A stretch of DNA of 64,000 nt from an uncultured bacterium. GTDB taxonomy: Bacteria > Bacillota > Clostridia > Oscillospirales > Oscillospiraceae. Shown piece by piece: positions 7,984 through 16,763 of this stretch. Location: assembly GCA_945873205.1 (NCBI GenBank), contig CAMCCC010000006.1, positions 11,414 to 75,413 of the forward strand, written 5' to 3'. The position numbers and the translations under genes were made by a program. Below the pieces are notes generated by a model. That model was not told where the DNA came from. It ran no database searches and worked only from the letters and a program-made list of their open reading frames with translations. Each line of letters starts with the position of its first letter. Within the stretch, counting starts at the first letter, position 1.

Positions 7984-8784
7984 ATGCCCATTTTTGGAAT
8001 GGCTGCGCCCCACGATCCGGCTCAGCTGCCAGCGGCGGCGGACTTCTGCCGTCATAATGGCCTGCGCTTCCTGGCCCTGCCAGGAGATCGTCTGGCGGCA
8101 CTGCCCGGAGAGTTGGAGGGGATTGCCCTGCTGGATGCGGGCCAATGTGTATTTTTGGAGGAAAGCAGCCACCAAGCCATGGAGGCGGCGCTGGAGGTGC
8201 TGGCTCCCGATCAGCCGGTGATCCTGCTGCCGGAGAGCCCGGAAACGCTGCCTGCCTTTGCCCTGTGGGTCAACTGCTGGCTGAACCGAAAAAGCGGCGG
8301 GCAGGAGCTTTGGGATGTGTACGATGCCAACCGGCGGCCCACCGGCCGTCTCCACCCCCGGGGTCAGGAGCTGGCGGAGGGGGATTACCACCTGGTGATC
8401 CACGTCTGGATTCGGGACAGCCAGGGGCGCTATCTGCTGACCAAGCGCAGCCCCAACAAGGGCTACGGCGGCATGTGGGAAAGTCCCGGCGGCGCGGCTC
8501 AGGCCGGGGATGACAGCCTCTCTGCCTGCTTACGGGAGATCCGGGAGGAGACGGGCCTGGCCCTGGACCCTGCCCGGGGAAAGATCATCAAAACCTACCA
8601 GGAGGACCACTTTATCTGCGATGTGTGGCTTTTCCGGCAGGATTTCGCTCTGGAGGATGTGGTGCTCCAGCCCGGGGAGACCTGCGACAAGCGCTATGCC
8701 ACCCGGGAAGAAATTCTGAAAATGCACGCAGAAGGCCGCTTTGTGCCCTTCCAGTTCATTGAGGAAGTGCTGGACGCCCAGTAG
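7984..8784 (+). CDS. Nudix hydrolase with ~105-aa uncharacterised N-terminal extension
   Basis: ORF track, 266 aa; RBS GAGGTG 5 nt before the ATG. The Nudix box is GAAQAGDDSLSACLREIREETGL (Gx5[D]x7REUxEExGU). Confidence 0.75.
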   Translation: MPIFGMAAPHDPAQLPAAADFCRHNGLRFLALPGDRLAALPGELEGIALLDAGQCVFLEESSHQAMEAALEVLAPDQPVILLPESPETLPAFALWVNCWLNRKSGGQELWDVYDANRRPTGRLHPRGQELAEGDYHLVIHVWIRDSQGRYLLTKRSPNKGYGGMWESPGGAAQAGDDSLSACLREIREETGLALDPARGKIIKTYQEDHFICDVWLFRQDFALEDVVLQPGETCDKRYATREEILKMHAEGRFVPFQFIEEVLDAQ

Positions 8785-8787
8785 CAA

Positions 8788-8828
8788 CAAAAAACCAGGC
8801 CGGCGATTGCCAGCCTGGTTTTGCGTTT
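8788..8828. terminator. bidirectional terminator between Nudix gene and tsf
   Basis: aaaccaggc (8791-8799) pairs with gcctggttt (8812-8820), with an inner ggc/gcc pairing. A-run before and T-run after. Confidence 0.5.
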
Positions 8829-8847
8829 CTATTGATCTTTCAGGGAA

Positions 8848-9774
8848 TTACTTGCCCATGTTCATCTGGGCAGCCACCTCAGCGGCGAAGTCCTCTTCCT
8901 TCTTCTCGATGCCCTCGCCCTTCATGAAGCGGACAGCATCAACAAACTTGACGGAACCGCCCAGAGCCTTGGCAGCGCTGGCAATGTACTTCTCCACGGA
9001 CATGGAATTGTCCTTGACGAACTCCTGCTGCAGCAGGCAGTTCTCCTCGTAGAACTTGTTCAGCTTGCCCATGACGATCTTCTCCTTGACCTGCTGGGGC
9101 TTGGAGGCCATCTTGGGGTCCTGATCCATCAGAGCCAGGGCGATCTTCTTCTCCTCTGCCAGCACTTCTTCGGTGACATTGCTCTTGTCCCAGAAGCGGG
9201 GGTTCAGAGCGGCGATCTGCATGGCAACGTCCTTGCCGATCTCGGTGGCGTCAATGCCGCCCTCCACAGCCAGGTTCACCAGCACGCCGATCTTGCCGCC
9301 GGCGTGAACGTAAGCCACGCTGGTGTTCTTGTCGAAGCGGGCGAAGCGGCGGATCTGCAGGTTCTCGCCGATGCTCATGACCTTCTCAGGCAGGGTCTCG
9401 GCCACGGTCAGCTCGCTGCCGGGGTACTTGCAGTTCATCAGAGCGGCCACGTCGGCGGGGTTGTCCTTCAGGACCACCTTGCAGATGTCCTTCACGAAAG
9501 CCACGAACAGCTCACTCTTGGCGCAGAAGTCGGTCTCGCAGTTGACTTCCACCACGGCGCCCACGCCGCACTGGGGGCAAACTTCGGCGTAAGCCATGCC
9601 CTCGGCAGCGATGCGGCCGGCCTTCTTGGCAGCCTTGGCCAGGCCCTTCTCACGGAGCCACTCCACAGCCTTGTCCATATCGCCGTTGGTCTCGGTCAGG
9701 GCCTTCTTGCAGTCCATCATGCCAACATTGGTCATCTCACGGAGAGTCTTAACATCCTGAGCAGTAAATGCCAT
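8848..9774 (-). CDS. tsf: translation elongation factor Ts
   Basis: ORF track 8848..9780, with the start moved to the second ATG (AGGAGG at 9-nt spacing). MAFTAQDVKTLREMTNVGMMDCKKALTETNGDMDKAVEWLREKG is the classic EF-Ts UBA-like N-terminus. It lies downstream of rpsB. Confidence 0.93.
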   Translation of the reverse strand: MAFTAQDVKTLREMTNVGMMDCKKALTETNGDMDKAVEWLREKGLAKAAKKAGRIAAEGMAYAEVCPQCGVGAVVEVNCETDFCAKSELFVAFVKDICKVVLKDNPADVAALMNCKYPGSELTVAETLPEKVMSIGENLQIRRFARFDKNTSVAYVHAGGKIGVLVNLAVEGGIDATEIGKDVAMQIAALNPRFWDKSNVTEEVLAEEKKIALALMDQDPKMASKPQQVKEKIVMGKLNKFYEENCLLQQEFVKDNSMSVEKYIASAAKALGGSVKFVDAVRFMKGEGIEKKEEDFAAEVAAQMNMGK

Positions 9775-9848
9775 AATCATTTTCCTCCTATAAATTCTTT
9801 CAGAAAAGGGGCGCTGGCGCTTCCGGCCACGCCCCTTGCGTATATCAA

Positions 9849-10583
9849 TTACTCCTCAACAGGAGCGGCCTCGGCGGGAACTTCCTCAACCTCGGCGTCA
9901 ACACCCTGACGGCCTTCCTGAACAGCGTTTGCCATGGTGGCGGCGATCAGGCGGATGGCGCGGATGGCGTCATCGTTGGCGGGGATCACGTAATCCACCT
10001 CGTCGGGATCGCAGTTGGTGTCAACGATGGCGACGATGGGGATGTGCAGCTTGCGGGCCTCAGCAATGGCGTTGTGCTCCTTGCGGGGGTCAACCACGAA
10101 CAGAGCGCCGGGGAGCTTCTTCATGTCCTTGACGCCGCCCAGGTACTTCTCCAGCTTCTCCATCTCGCCCAGGTGCTTCATGACTTCCTTCTTGGGCAGC
10201 ATGTCGAAGGTGCCGTCCTCCTGCATCTTCTTCAGCTGAGCCAGGCGGTCAACACGGGTGCGCATGGTCTTGAAGTTGGTGAGCATGCCGCCCAGCCAGC
10301 GGGCGTTCACATAGTACATACCAACACGGCTGGCCTCTTCCTTAACGGAATCGGTGGCCTGCTTCTTGGTGCCGACGAAGAGGATGGTCTGGCCGTTGGC
10401 AGCCAGGTCACGCACAAAGTCGTAAGCCTCTTCCATCTTCTTGACGGTCTTGGCAAGGTCGATGATGTAGATGCCGTTACGCTCGCAGTAAATGTACTCG
10501 GCCATCTTGGGGTTCCAGCGGCGGGTCTGGTGACCGAAGTGGACACCGGCTTCCAGCAGCTGCTTCATGGATACTACTGACAT
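9849..10583 (-). CDS. rpsB: 30S ribosomal protein S2
   Basis: ORF track, 244 aa. [22 protein letters not shown]...GGMLTNF; RBS GGAGGAAA. Confidence 0.95.
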   Translation of the reverse strand: MSVVSMKQLLEAGVHFGHQTRRWNPKMAEYIYCERNGIYIIDLAKTVKKMEEAYDFVRDLAANGQTILFVGTKKQATDSVKEEASRVGMYYVNARWLGGMLTNFKTMRTRVDRLAQLKKMQEDGTFDMLPKKEVMKHLGEMEKLEKYLGGVKDMKKLPGALFVVDPRKEHNAIAEARKLHIPIVAIVDTNCDPDEVDYVIPANDDAIRAIRLIAATMANAVQEGRQGVDAEVEEVPAEAAPVEE

Positions 10584-10695
10584 TTGATTTCCTCCAAATT
10601 TTTGTTATTTTCCTCCGGGAGTCTCAACCCCTCCACCAAGCCCCGGCGACGGAGCCACATGGGGGAAAGTCCACTCCCGTGCGAAATGCCCTGAT

Positions 10696-10724
10696 ATAAT
10701 ACCAGAAAAGCCTTCGGATTGCAA
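10696..10724 (-). promoter_or_regulatory. sigma-A type promoter of rpsB-tsf
   Basis: Minus strand: TTGCAA (10724-10719), 17 nt, TATTAT (10701-10696). This leaves a 5' UTR of roughly 105-110 nt. Confidence 0.5.
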
Positions 10725-10794
10725 GGGTTTCGGCAATTATTTTTTGCCTTTTTTTGAATTTTTCTCCCGCGCTTCAGCTCTTCGTTGACTTTCA

Positions 10795-10823
10795 TATCCA
10801 GGAATGATAAAATTTAAACAGTC
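10795..10823 (+). promoter_or_regulatory. sigma-A type promoter of the aconitase-X pair
   Basis: TTGACT (10795-10800), 17 nt, TAAAAT (10818-10823). Confidence 0.5.
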
Positions 10824-10855
10824 AAAATCCAAAAAAATGATAAGGAAGTGGTAAA

Positions 10856-12136
10856 ATGATCCTTACGCCTGAGCAGCAGGCCCTGTTGGATGGTTCCAAA
10901 GGCGAGGTAATGGCGAAGGTGGTCAAGACTCTGGTGATGTACGGTGACACCTTCGGTGCCCAGCGCATGGTGCCCGTCAGCAGCAAGTACGGCCACACGG
11001 TTATCAGCTTCGGCCTGAAGGTCATGGCCCCGGTCTACGATATGTACGACCAGCTGATCGAGGCCGGTCTTACCTCCGGCCAGAAGTTCACCGCAGATCC
11101 CCGGCCCGTGGACGATCAGGTTCCCTGCTCTTTCCTGGAGAAGTTTGTTTTCAACAAGATCATGTACACCCAGCAGGAGCGCTTCGAGGAGCAGATGAAG
11201 AAGCTGGGCATCCTGGATGACGATGCCTACAGCTGCACCTGCTATGTGGATCAGATGGGCAACAAGCCCGCCAAGGGCGAGGTGCTCAGCTGGGCGGAAT
11301 CCTCCGCCGTGGTGTACGCCAACTCCGTGCTGGGCGCCCGCTGCAACCGCAATTCCGGCATTCTGGAGCTGATGGGCTCCATCGCCGGCTTCGTGCCTGA
11401 GTTCGGCCTGCTGACCGATGAGGGCCGCAAGGCCACCTGGGTGGTGGAGGTCCGCTGCGAGAAGAAGCCGGAGGCCCAGCTGCTGGGTTCCGCCATCGGC
11501 ATGAAGGTCATGGAGGAAGTGCCCTATGTGAAGGGCATGGAGAAATGGCTGGGAACGGAGCTGAACGACGACAACTGCACCTATCTGAAGGACTTCGGCG
11601 CGGCCACCGCCTCCAACGGCGCCGTGGGCCTGTACCACATCGCCGGGCTCACCCCCGAGGCCAAGGAGCAGGGCGAGGCCCTGATCAAGGAAGGCGCCCA
11701 GGTCTACGTCATTGACGACGCGGAGCTGGAGCGGGTGAAGGCCAGCTATCCCGTGATCTGGAACAACCCCGACGCCAAGCCGGAGCTGTGCTTCGTGGGC
11801 TGCCCCCACATGACGCTGCAGCAGATGAAGGACTGGGCTGACGCCATCGAAGGCAAGCTGCGGGCCAAGGGCCTGGATAAGGTCACGGTTCCCACCGTGT
11901 TCACCGCCTCCCCCGCCGTGGTCAAAGCGCTGGAAAAGACCCCCTATTACTGGAAGATCAAGAGCTACGGTATCGCCATCAGCTCCATCTGCCCACTGAT
12001 GTACATGAACAATCCCCTCTGCAAGAAGAAAGCCGTTATCACCTGCTCCAATAAGCTGCGCACCTACAGCACTGCCCGGTACTATACCGAGGCCGAGATT
12101 CTTGACATCATCACCGGCAAGGAGGGACAGAAATGA
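10856..12136 (+). CDS. aconitase X catalytic subunit (DUF521 family)
   Basis: ORF track, 426 aa. Its size, the LTPEQQALLDGSKGE...AKVVKTLVMYGDTFGA N-terminus, the WAESSAVVYANSVLGARCNRN block and the immediately coupled DUF126-type partner fit the two-polypeptide AcnX family (recalled). Confidence 0.65.
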   Translation: MILTPEQQALLDGSKGEVMAKVVKTLVMYGDTFGAQRMVPVSSKYGHTVISFGLKVMAPVYDMYDQLIEAGLTSGQKFTADPRPVDDQVPCSFLEKFVFNKIMYTQQERFEEQMKKLGILDDDAYSCTCYVDQMGNKPAKGEVLSWAESSAVVYANSVLGARCNRNSGILELMGSIAGFVPEFGLLTDEGRKATWVVEVRCEKKPEAQLLGSAIGMKVMEEVPYVKGMEKWLGTELNDDNCTYLKDFGAATASNGAVGLYHIAGLTPEAKEQGEALIKEGAQVYVIDDAELERVKASYPVIWNNPDAKPELCFVGCPHMTLQQMKDWADAIEGKLRAKGLDKVTVPTVFTASPAVVKALEKTPYYWKIKSYGIAISSICPLMYMNNPLCKKKAVITCSNKLRTYSTARYYTEAEILDIITGKEGQK

Positions 12137-12573
12137 AGCAGTTCAAAGGCCGCGTCGTGGTTCCCGGCAGCTGCACCGCCGAGGCTCTGGTGAGCCATGG
12201 CGGCTTCAACACCCTGGCCAGCTACCAGTCCGCCATTCTGTTCGGGGATAAGCAGGTCAAATGCGGCGACCAGAACAACCCCGATCTGTACAAAAAGCCC
12301 ATGCTGGGCAAGGCCCTCTGCCTGCCCATGACCATCGGCTCCACCACCGGCGGCATGGTGCTTTACACCGTTTGCTCCATGGGCAAGCAGCCGGCCTGCA
12401 TGCTTTTCAGCATGCCCATCGACTCCCTGGCCGCCTCCGGCGCCATCCTGGGCGATGTTTGGACCGACGCGAAAATGCCCGTTGTGGACAGCCTGGGCGA
12501 GGAATTCCTTGCCTATGTCCAGACCGGCATGACCGTCACCGTGGGGGAGGACGGCCTGGTCACCGTGGAGTGA
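12133..12573 (+). CDS. aconitase X swivel-domain subunit (DUF126 family)
   Basis: ORF track, 146 aa. ATGA start/stop overlap with the large subunit. KGRVVVPGSCTAEALVS...ISFxGG-like swivel-domain pattern. Confidence 0.6.
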   Translation: MKQFKGRVVVPGSCTAEALVSHGGFNTLASYQSAILFGDKQVKCGDQNNPDLYKKPMLGKALCLPMTIGSTTGGMVLYTVCSMGKQPACMLFSMPIDSLAASGAILGDVWTDAKMPVVDSLGEEFLAYVQTGMTVTVGEDGLVTVE

Positions 12574-12592
12574 TTTTCTCATCTGACAATAC

Positions 12593-12625
12593 AAAAAGGA
12601 CATGGCTTCGGCCATGTCCTTTTTG
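12593..12625. terminator. bidirectional intrinsic terminator
   Basis: ggacatggc (12598-12606), loop ttcg, gccatgtcc (12611-12619), with AAAAA before and TTTTT after. Confidence 0.75.
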
Positions 12626-12630
12626 TATTA

Positions 12631-13827
12631 TCATTCGCTGGCGAAGAAGTTGGAGTAGTCGGTGCTCAGGTCCTTGCCCTCATAGGTGCCGGTGATCTTG
12701 CTCATGGCCCGGTCATAGGCCTCGGTGCCCGGCTCATAGGGGGTGGGCTGATAGTTGTTGTACATATCCTTCTTGGCCGCTGCCGCTGCCAGGTCGCTGG
12801 AGACGCAGCAGGGGATGATCTCATAGCTGTCGTTATGGATGCTGCCGTCCGGGTCCCGGCGGATGGTCAGCTGGAAGATGGCGGTGTCCGGGTCGGTGGG
12901 GCCGGAGCTGCCGCCGAAGGACCAGTTGCCCATGGAATAGAGGATGATGCCGCCGTTATACTCCTCCATGGGCTGGAGACAATGGGAATGGCTGCCGTAG
13001 ACCAGGTCGGCCCCGGCATCCACGCAGGCCCGGGCCAACTCCACCTGGCTCTCCTTGGGGCGGTACTTCAGCTCGCTGCCCCAGTGGAACATACAGACGA
13101 TGTAATCGGCCCCCTGCTCCTTCAGCTGCTGCACCCCGGCAACCGCCTTTTCCAGGCTGGGATTGCTGCTCTCCGCCTCGCCCACAGAGTACAGGTCCCC
13201 GGCGGTATAGATACCCATTTTGATGCCGCTTCTGGTGGTGATGATCTGGGCCTGCTCGTTCTCGCCGTAGGGCATGCCGATGCTCTCCAGAGCGGTCTTG
13301 GTGTCCTCCACACCGGCGTCATAGAAGTCCCGGGTGTGGTTGTTGGCCATGGTGACAAAGTCCACCCCGCCCTGGGGCAGGATGTTGATCCACTCGGAAG
13401 GGCAGAGGAAGTAGAAATAGGTGGCGGTATAGTCATAGGTCAGCTTCTTATCGGAGAAGCTGCACTCCAGATTGCCCAGGGTGATCTCATCATCGTCAAA
13501 GTACTGGACGGTGTTGGCAAAGGGGTAGCTGTAGTCCCCGTTCATCTTGGAGGAGTAGTGCAGGGGGTACTTCTGGTTGCTGTTCAGGGTCAGGTCACCG
13601 ATGCAGGAGATGGTGAAATACTCCGGCTGCGGCTCCGGGGTAGGCTCCGGCGTGGGCTCGGGGGTGGCCTCCGGCGCGGAGACAGGCAGGGCGTCCCCAT
13701 CCGGGGCGGCAGTGTTCTGGCCGCTGTCGGGCACAATGGTCAGGGCCACGTCCAGCCGGGCCTTGGTGATGAATACCAGCGCCAGGCACAGCAGGGCCAG
13801 GCAGGCAATCTGCAAAATCTTTTTCAT
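12631..13827 (-). CDS. CapA-family (PGA_cap metallophosphatase-like) secreted/anchored protein
   Basis: ORF track, 398 aa. N-terminal signal/anchor, PEPTPEPTPEP linker, then GDLTL...LGNLECS...VDFVTMANNHTRD...HWGSE...GSHSHCLQ blocks typical of CapA. Confidence 0.75.
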   Translation of the reverse strand: MKKILQIACLALLCLALVFITKARLDVALTIVPDSGQNTAAPDGDALPVSAPEATPEPTPEPTPEPQPEYFTISCIGDLTLNSNQKYPLHYSSKMNGDYSYPFANTVQYFDDDEITLGNLECSFSDKKLTYDYTATYFYFLCPSEWINILPQGGVDFVTMANNHTRDFYDAGVEDTKTALESIGMPYGENEQAQIITTRSGIKMGIYTAGDLYSVGEAESSNPSLEKAVAGVQQLKEQGADYIVCMFHWGSELKYRPKESQVELARACVDAGADLVYGSHSHCLQPMEEYNGGIILYSMGNWSFGGSSGPTDPDTAIFQLTIRRDPDGSIHNDSYEIIPCCVSSDLAAAAAKKDMYNNYQPTPYEPGTEAYDRAMSKITGTYEGKDLSTDYSNFFASE

Positions 13828-13878
13828 GGCAATGTCCTCTATCTTTTTCTAAATGCGTATACTGAGACGATGTCCGGC

Positions 13879-14895
13879 TCAGATAAGTTTCCTGATGACG
13901 GGAATCTTCCGGCCCAGGGCAACAGCGGCAAAGCAGGCCGCCGCCAGCACTGCCGTGAAGCACAGGATGCTGAGCACGGGAGCTTCCAGAGTCATGGGCA
14001 GGCCCAGGGCCTCCAGAAGGTTGATAAACAGGGGGTGCAGCAGGTAGACCCCCAGGGTGCAGTCGGCCAGGGCGGCCCAGAGCCGGGGGCGGCGGAAGGG
14101 CTGGTCTTTCAGGGCCTGGAAGAAGCAAAAGCACATGGTGGCCTGGGTCAGGGTGGAGAGGGAGAAATAGCTGAAAAGCCAGCCGTCGGCCACTTCCTTA
14201 TAATTGGAATACCAGATGTTGCCCCAGGTGGTGAGGGCCGTGCACAGGAGGAAGCCCGCCGGGGCGATAAGCAGCCACTGCCTGCCGAAGTGCTGCCGGC
14301 TGAGCCACCAGCCCCAGACCGCGTAGCCCAGGTAGGGCAGGTAATCCAAAGAGAAATCCAGGGTGATCCGGTTCAGGATCAGGGCGGTATCCGGGGTCAG
14401 GTTGCAGTTGGCGCAGAGGATGGACACCCCGAAGAACAGAAACAGCAGGTACTCCCCTTTCAGCTGCCCCTTATGGATGGCGGCGTGTGCCACCGGCAGG
14501 AACAGGCAGCACAGGGCCATGGCCGTCAAGAACCAGAGGTGGTAATGGCCCTTGGCCAGGTCAAAGAAGAAGGAATACCAGTCCCCAAAGTCTCCGGCCG
14601 CCAGTCTTGCCCCCAGGGCGTACACCAGGGACCAGAAAGCGAACAGCAAAATCAGCCGCAGCACATGGGTTTTCAGAAAGCGGCGCAGGTCCAGGGTCTC
14701 CCGGTTCAAAAACAGCGCCCCGGTAAGCATAAAGAACACCGGCACCCCGCCCCGCATCATGGTGCTGATCAGGCTCAGCGGGATAAATGCGGAGGCGTCC
14801 AGGGGGCAGCTGTGGTACAGGGCCGCGCTGGTATGGATAAAGAGGACCATGATGCAGGCCATCAGGCGGCACAGGTCCAGTTCAGTTCGTCTCAT
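13879..14895 (-). CDS. acyltransferase family 3 integral membrane protein
   Basis: ORF track, 338 aa. Polytopic membrane protein; the N-terminal LDLCRLMACIMVLFIHT is typical of acyltransferase_3. Confidence 0.7.
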   Translation of the reverse strand: MRRTELDLCRLMACIMVLFIHTSAALYHSCPLDASAFIPLSLISTMMRGGVPVFFMLTGALFLNRETLDLRRFLKTHVLRLILLFAFWSLVYALGARLAAGDFGDWYSFFFDLAKGHYHLWFLTAMALCCLFLPVAHAAIHKGQLKGEYLLFLFFGVSILCANCNLTPDTALILNRITLDFSLDYLPYLGYAVWGWWLSRQHFGRQWLLIAPAGFLLCTALTTWGNIWYSNYKEVADGWLFSYFSLSTLTQATMCFCFFQALKDQPFRRPRLWAALADCTLGVYLLHPLFINLLEALGLPMTLEAPVLSILCFTAVLAAACFAAVALGRKIPVIRKLI

Positions 14896-15148
14896 GGTTT
14901 TGTTTTTCCTTTTCTGATATCAGGGCCAGCTTTTCCTCCCGGCGCAAGCCCTTGATCTGCCGCTCCCGGCTCATGGCCTCGTGGCGGCTGGGGAGAATTT
15001 CATAATAGGCCAGCTCCACCGGCAGATGGGAGCGGGTATATTTGCCGCCCCGGCCGGCCTGATGGGCGGCCAGGCGGGCCGCCAGGTCATTGGTCCAGCC
15101 GGTGTAAAGGCTGCCGTCCCCGCAGCGGAGCATATATACATAGTTCAC
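14882..15148 (-). CDS. GIY-YIG nuclease-domain protein (UPF0213-like)
   Basis: ORF track, 88 aa, GTG start. YVYMLRCGDGSLYTGWTNDLAARLAAH...RE..IK is the GIY-YIG core. Confidence 0.8.
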   Translation of the reverse strand: MNYVYMLRCGDGSLYTGWTNDLAARLAAHQAGRGGKYTRSHLPVELAYYEILPSRHEAMSRERQIKGLRREEKLALISEKEKQNHETN

Positions 15149-15321
15149 CGGCGCACCTGCCGGATGTTCTTCTCAAACTTGCTCCGGGCGCCCATGACCT
15201 CATGGCCGCAGCCGCAGCAGCGGAGCTTGAAATCCGCCCCGGTGCGCAGCACCAGCCAGTCCCGGCTGCCGCAGGGATGGGGCTTTTTCATGGTGAGGGT
15301 ATCGCCCACCTGGATATCCAT
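15145..15321 (-). CDS. DUF951-like small protein (58 aa), unlisted in the ORF track
   Basis: My translation is MDIQVGDTLTMKKPHPCGSRDWLVLRTGADFKLRCCGCGHEVMGARSKFEKNIRQVRR. GGAGG lies 9 nt upstream of ATG 15321. The TGA stop overlaps the GTG start of the GIY-YIG gene (GTGA). At 58 aa it is below the apparent 60-aa ORF-track cutoff. Confidence 0.7.
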   Translation of the reverse strand: MDIQVGDTLTMKKPHPCGSRDWLVLRTGADFKLRCCGCGHEVMGARSKFEKNIRQVRR

Positions 15322-15336
15322 GGCTGTTCAGCCTCC

Positions 15337-16590
15337 TTATTTCTTCAGTTCCTCCCAATACCGCCGGGCGGCCTGCTCGGTCTTGTTGTCGCCGTATTCG
15401 TAGTAGTGGGCGTTTTTCAGTTCGTTGGGCAGGTACTGCTGCTTCACCCAATGGCCGGGGAAGTCATGGGGGTACTTGTAGCCCTGCTCCCGCTCAAAGC
15501 CGGTGCCGTCGGCATGCATATTCTGCAGCTCCCGGGGGATGGGGCCGCTGCGGCCGGCCCGGACATCCGCCTGGGCGGCGGCGATGGCCATATAGGCAGA
15601 GTTGGACTTGGGCGCGGTGGCCAGCAGCAGGCAGGCCTCCGCCAAAGGCAGCCGGGCCTCCGGCAGGCCCAATTGCAGGGCCGAATCCACGCAGGCCTTC
15701 ACAATGGGCACCGCCTGGGGATAGGCCAGGCCCACGTCCTCACTGGCGGAGCAGAGGATGCGGCGGCAGGCTCCCTGCAGGTCCCCCACCTCCAGCAGCC
15801 GGGCCAGGTAGTGCATGGCGGCGTCCGGGTCGGAGCCGCGGAGGGACTTCATCAGGGCGGAGAGAATGTCATAATGCTCGTCCCCGTCCCGGTCATAGCG
15901 CATGGCGCTGCGCTGGGAGATGGCGGCGGCGTCCGCCAGGGTGATGGTCTCCCGATCCCCGGCGGCGGAGAACAGCAGTTCCACCGCGTTGATGGCTTTG
16001 CGCACATCGCCGCCGCAGGCGGTGCTGATCCGCTCGGTCACGCCTGCTTCCAGGGTCAGGGGCGTTTCCCGCCGGGCGTTCATGATGGCCACCGCCCGGT
16101 CCACCGCCTTGCTGATCTCCGCCGGGGACACCGGCTTGAACTCAAAGACCGTGGAGCGGCTGAGAATGGCGTTAAAGACGCAGAAATAGGGGTTCTCCGT
16201 GGTGGAGGCGATGAGGGTGATGCGCCCATCCTCGATAAACTCCAGCAGGGACTGCTGCTGCTTTTTATTGAAATACTGGATCTCGTCCAGGTACAGCAGC
16301 ACGCCGCCGGGGGTGAGGAAGGTGTCCAGCTCGTCAATAATTTTTTTGATATCCGCAATGCCGGCGGTGGTAGCGTTCAGCTTGCGCAGGCTGCGGTTGG
16401 TGCGCTGGGCGATGATGCGGGCCACGGTGGTCTTGCCGGTGCCGGAGGGGCCGTAGAAGATCATGTTGGGGATCTGCCCGCTGTTTACAATGCGGCGCAG
16501 CATCCCGTCCGCGCCCAGGATATGGCGCTGGCCCACCACGTCATCCAGGCTGTCGGGCCGTATTTCATCTGCCAGGGGCTTATACATCAA
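15337..16590 (-). CDS. rarA: replication-associated recombination protein A (AAA+ ATPase)
   Basis: ORF track, 417 aa. Walker A GPSGTGKTT, LYLDEIQYFNK, and C-terminal MgsA-type blocks HYDILSALMKSLRGSDPDAAMHYLARLL. Confidence 0.9.
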   Translation of the reverse strand: MMYKPLADEIRPDSLDDVVGQRHILGADGMLRRIVNSGQIPNMIFYGPSGTGKTTVARIIAQRTNRSLRKLNATTAGIADIKKIIDELDTFLTPGGVLLYLDEIQYFNKKQQQSLLEFIEDGRITLIASTTENPYFCVFNAILSRSTVFEFKPVSPAEISKAVDRAVAIMNARRETPLTLEAGVTERISTACGGDVRKAINAVELLFSAAGDRETITLADAAAISQRSAMRYDRDGDEHYDILSALMKSLRGSDPDAAMHYLARLLEVGDLQGACRRILCSASEDVGLAYPQAVPIVKACVDSALQLGLPEARLPLAEACLLLATAPKSNSAYMAIAAAQADVRAGRSGPIPRELQNMHADGTGFEREQGYKYPHDFPGHWVKQQYLPNELKNAHYYEYGDNKTEQAARRYWEELKK

Positions 16591-16763
16591 ATTCGCACAC
16601 CTTTCCTAGTATACATCGCATTATAACACCGGGACGCTCTTTTGTAAAAGGGATAGTTATGAAAGAATGATTAACTTTTGCCTCTGGGAACTTTGCCTTG
16701 TGGACAAGCGTCAAAATTGGCGGTATAATGAGAGCCGACTTTCGAGAAAAAGGAGAATTGACA

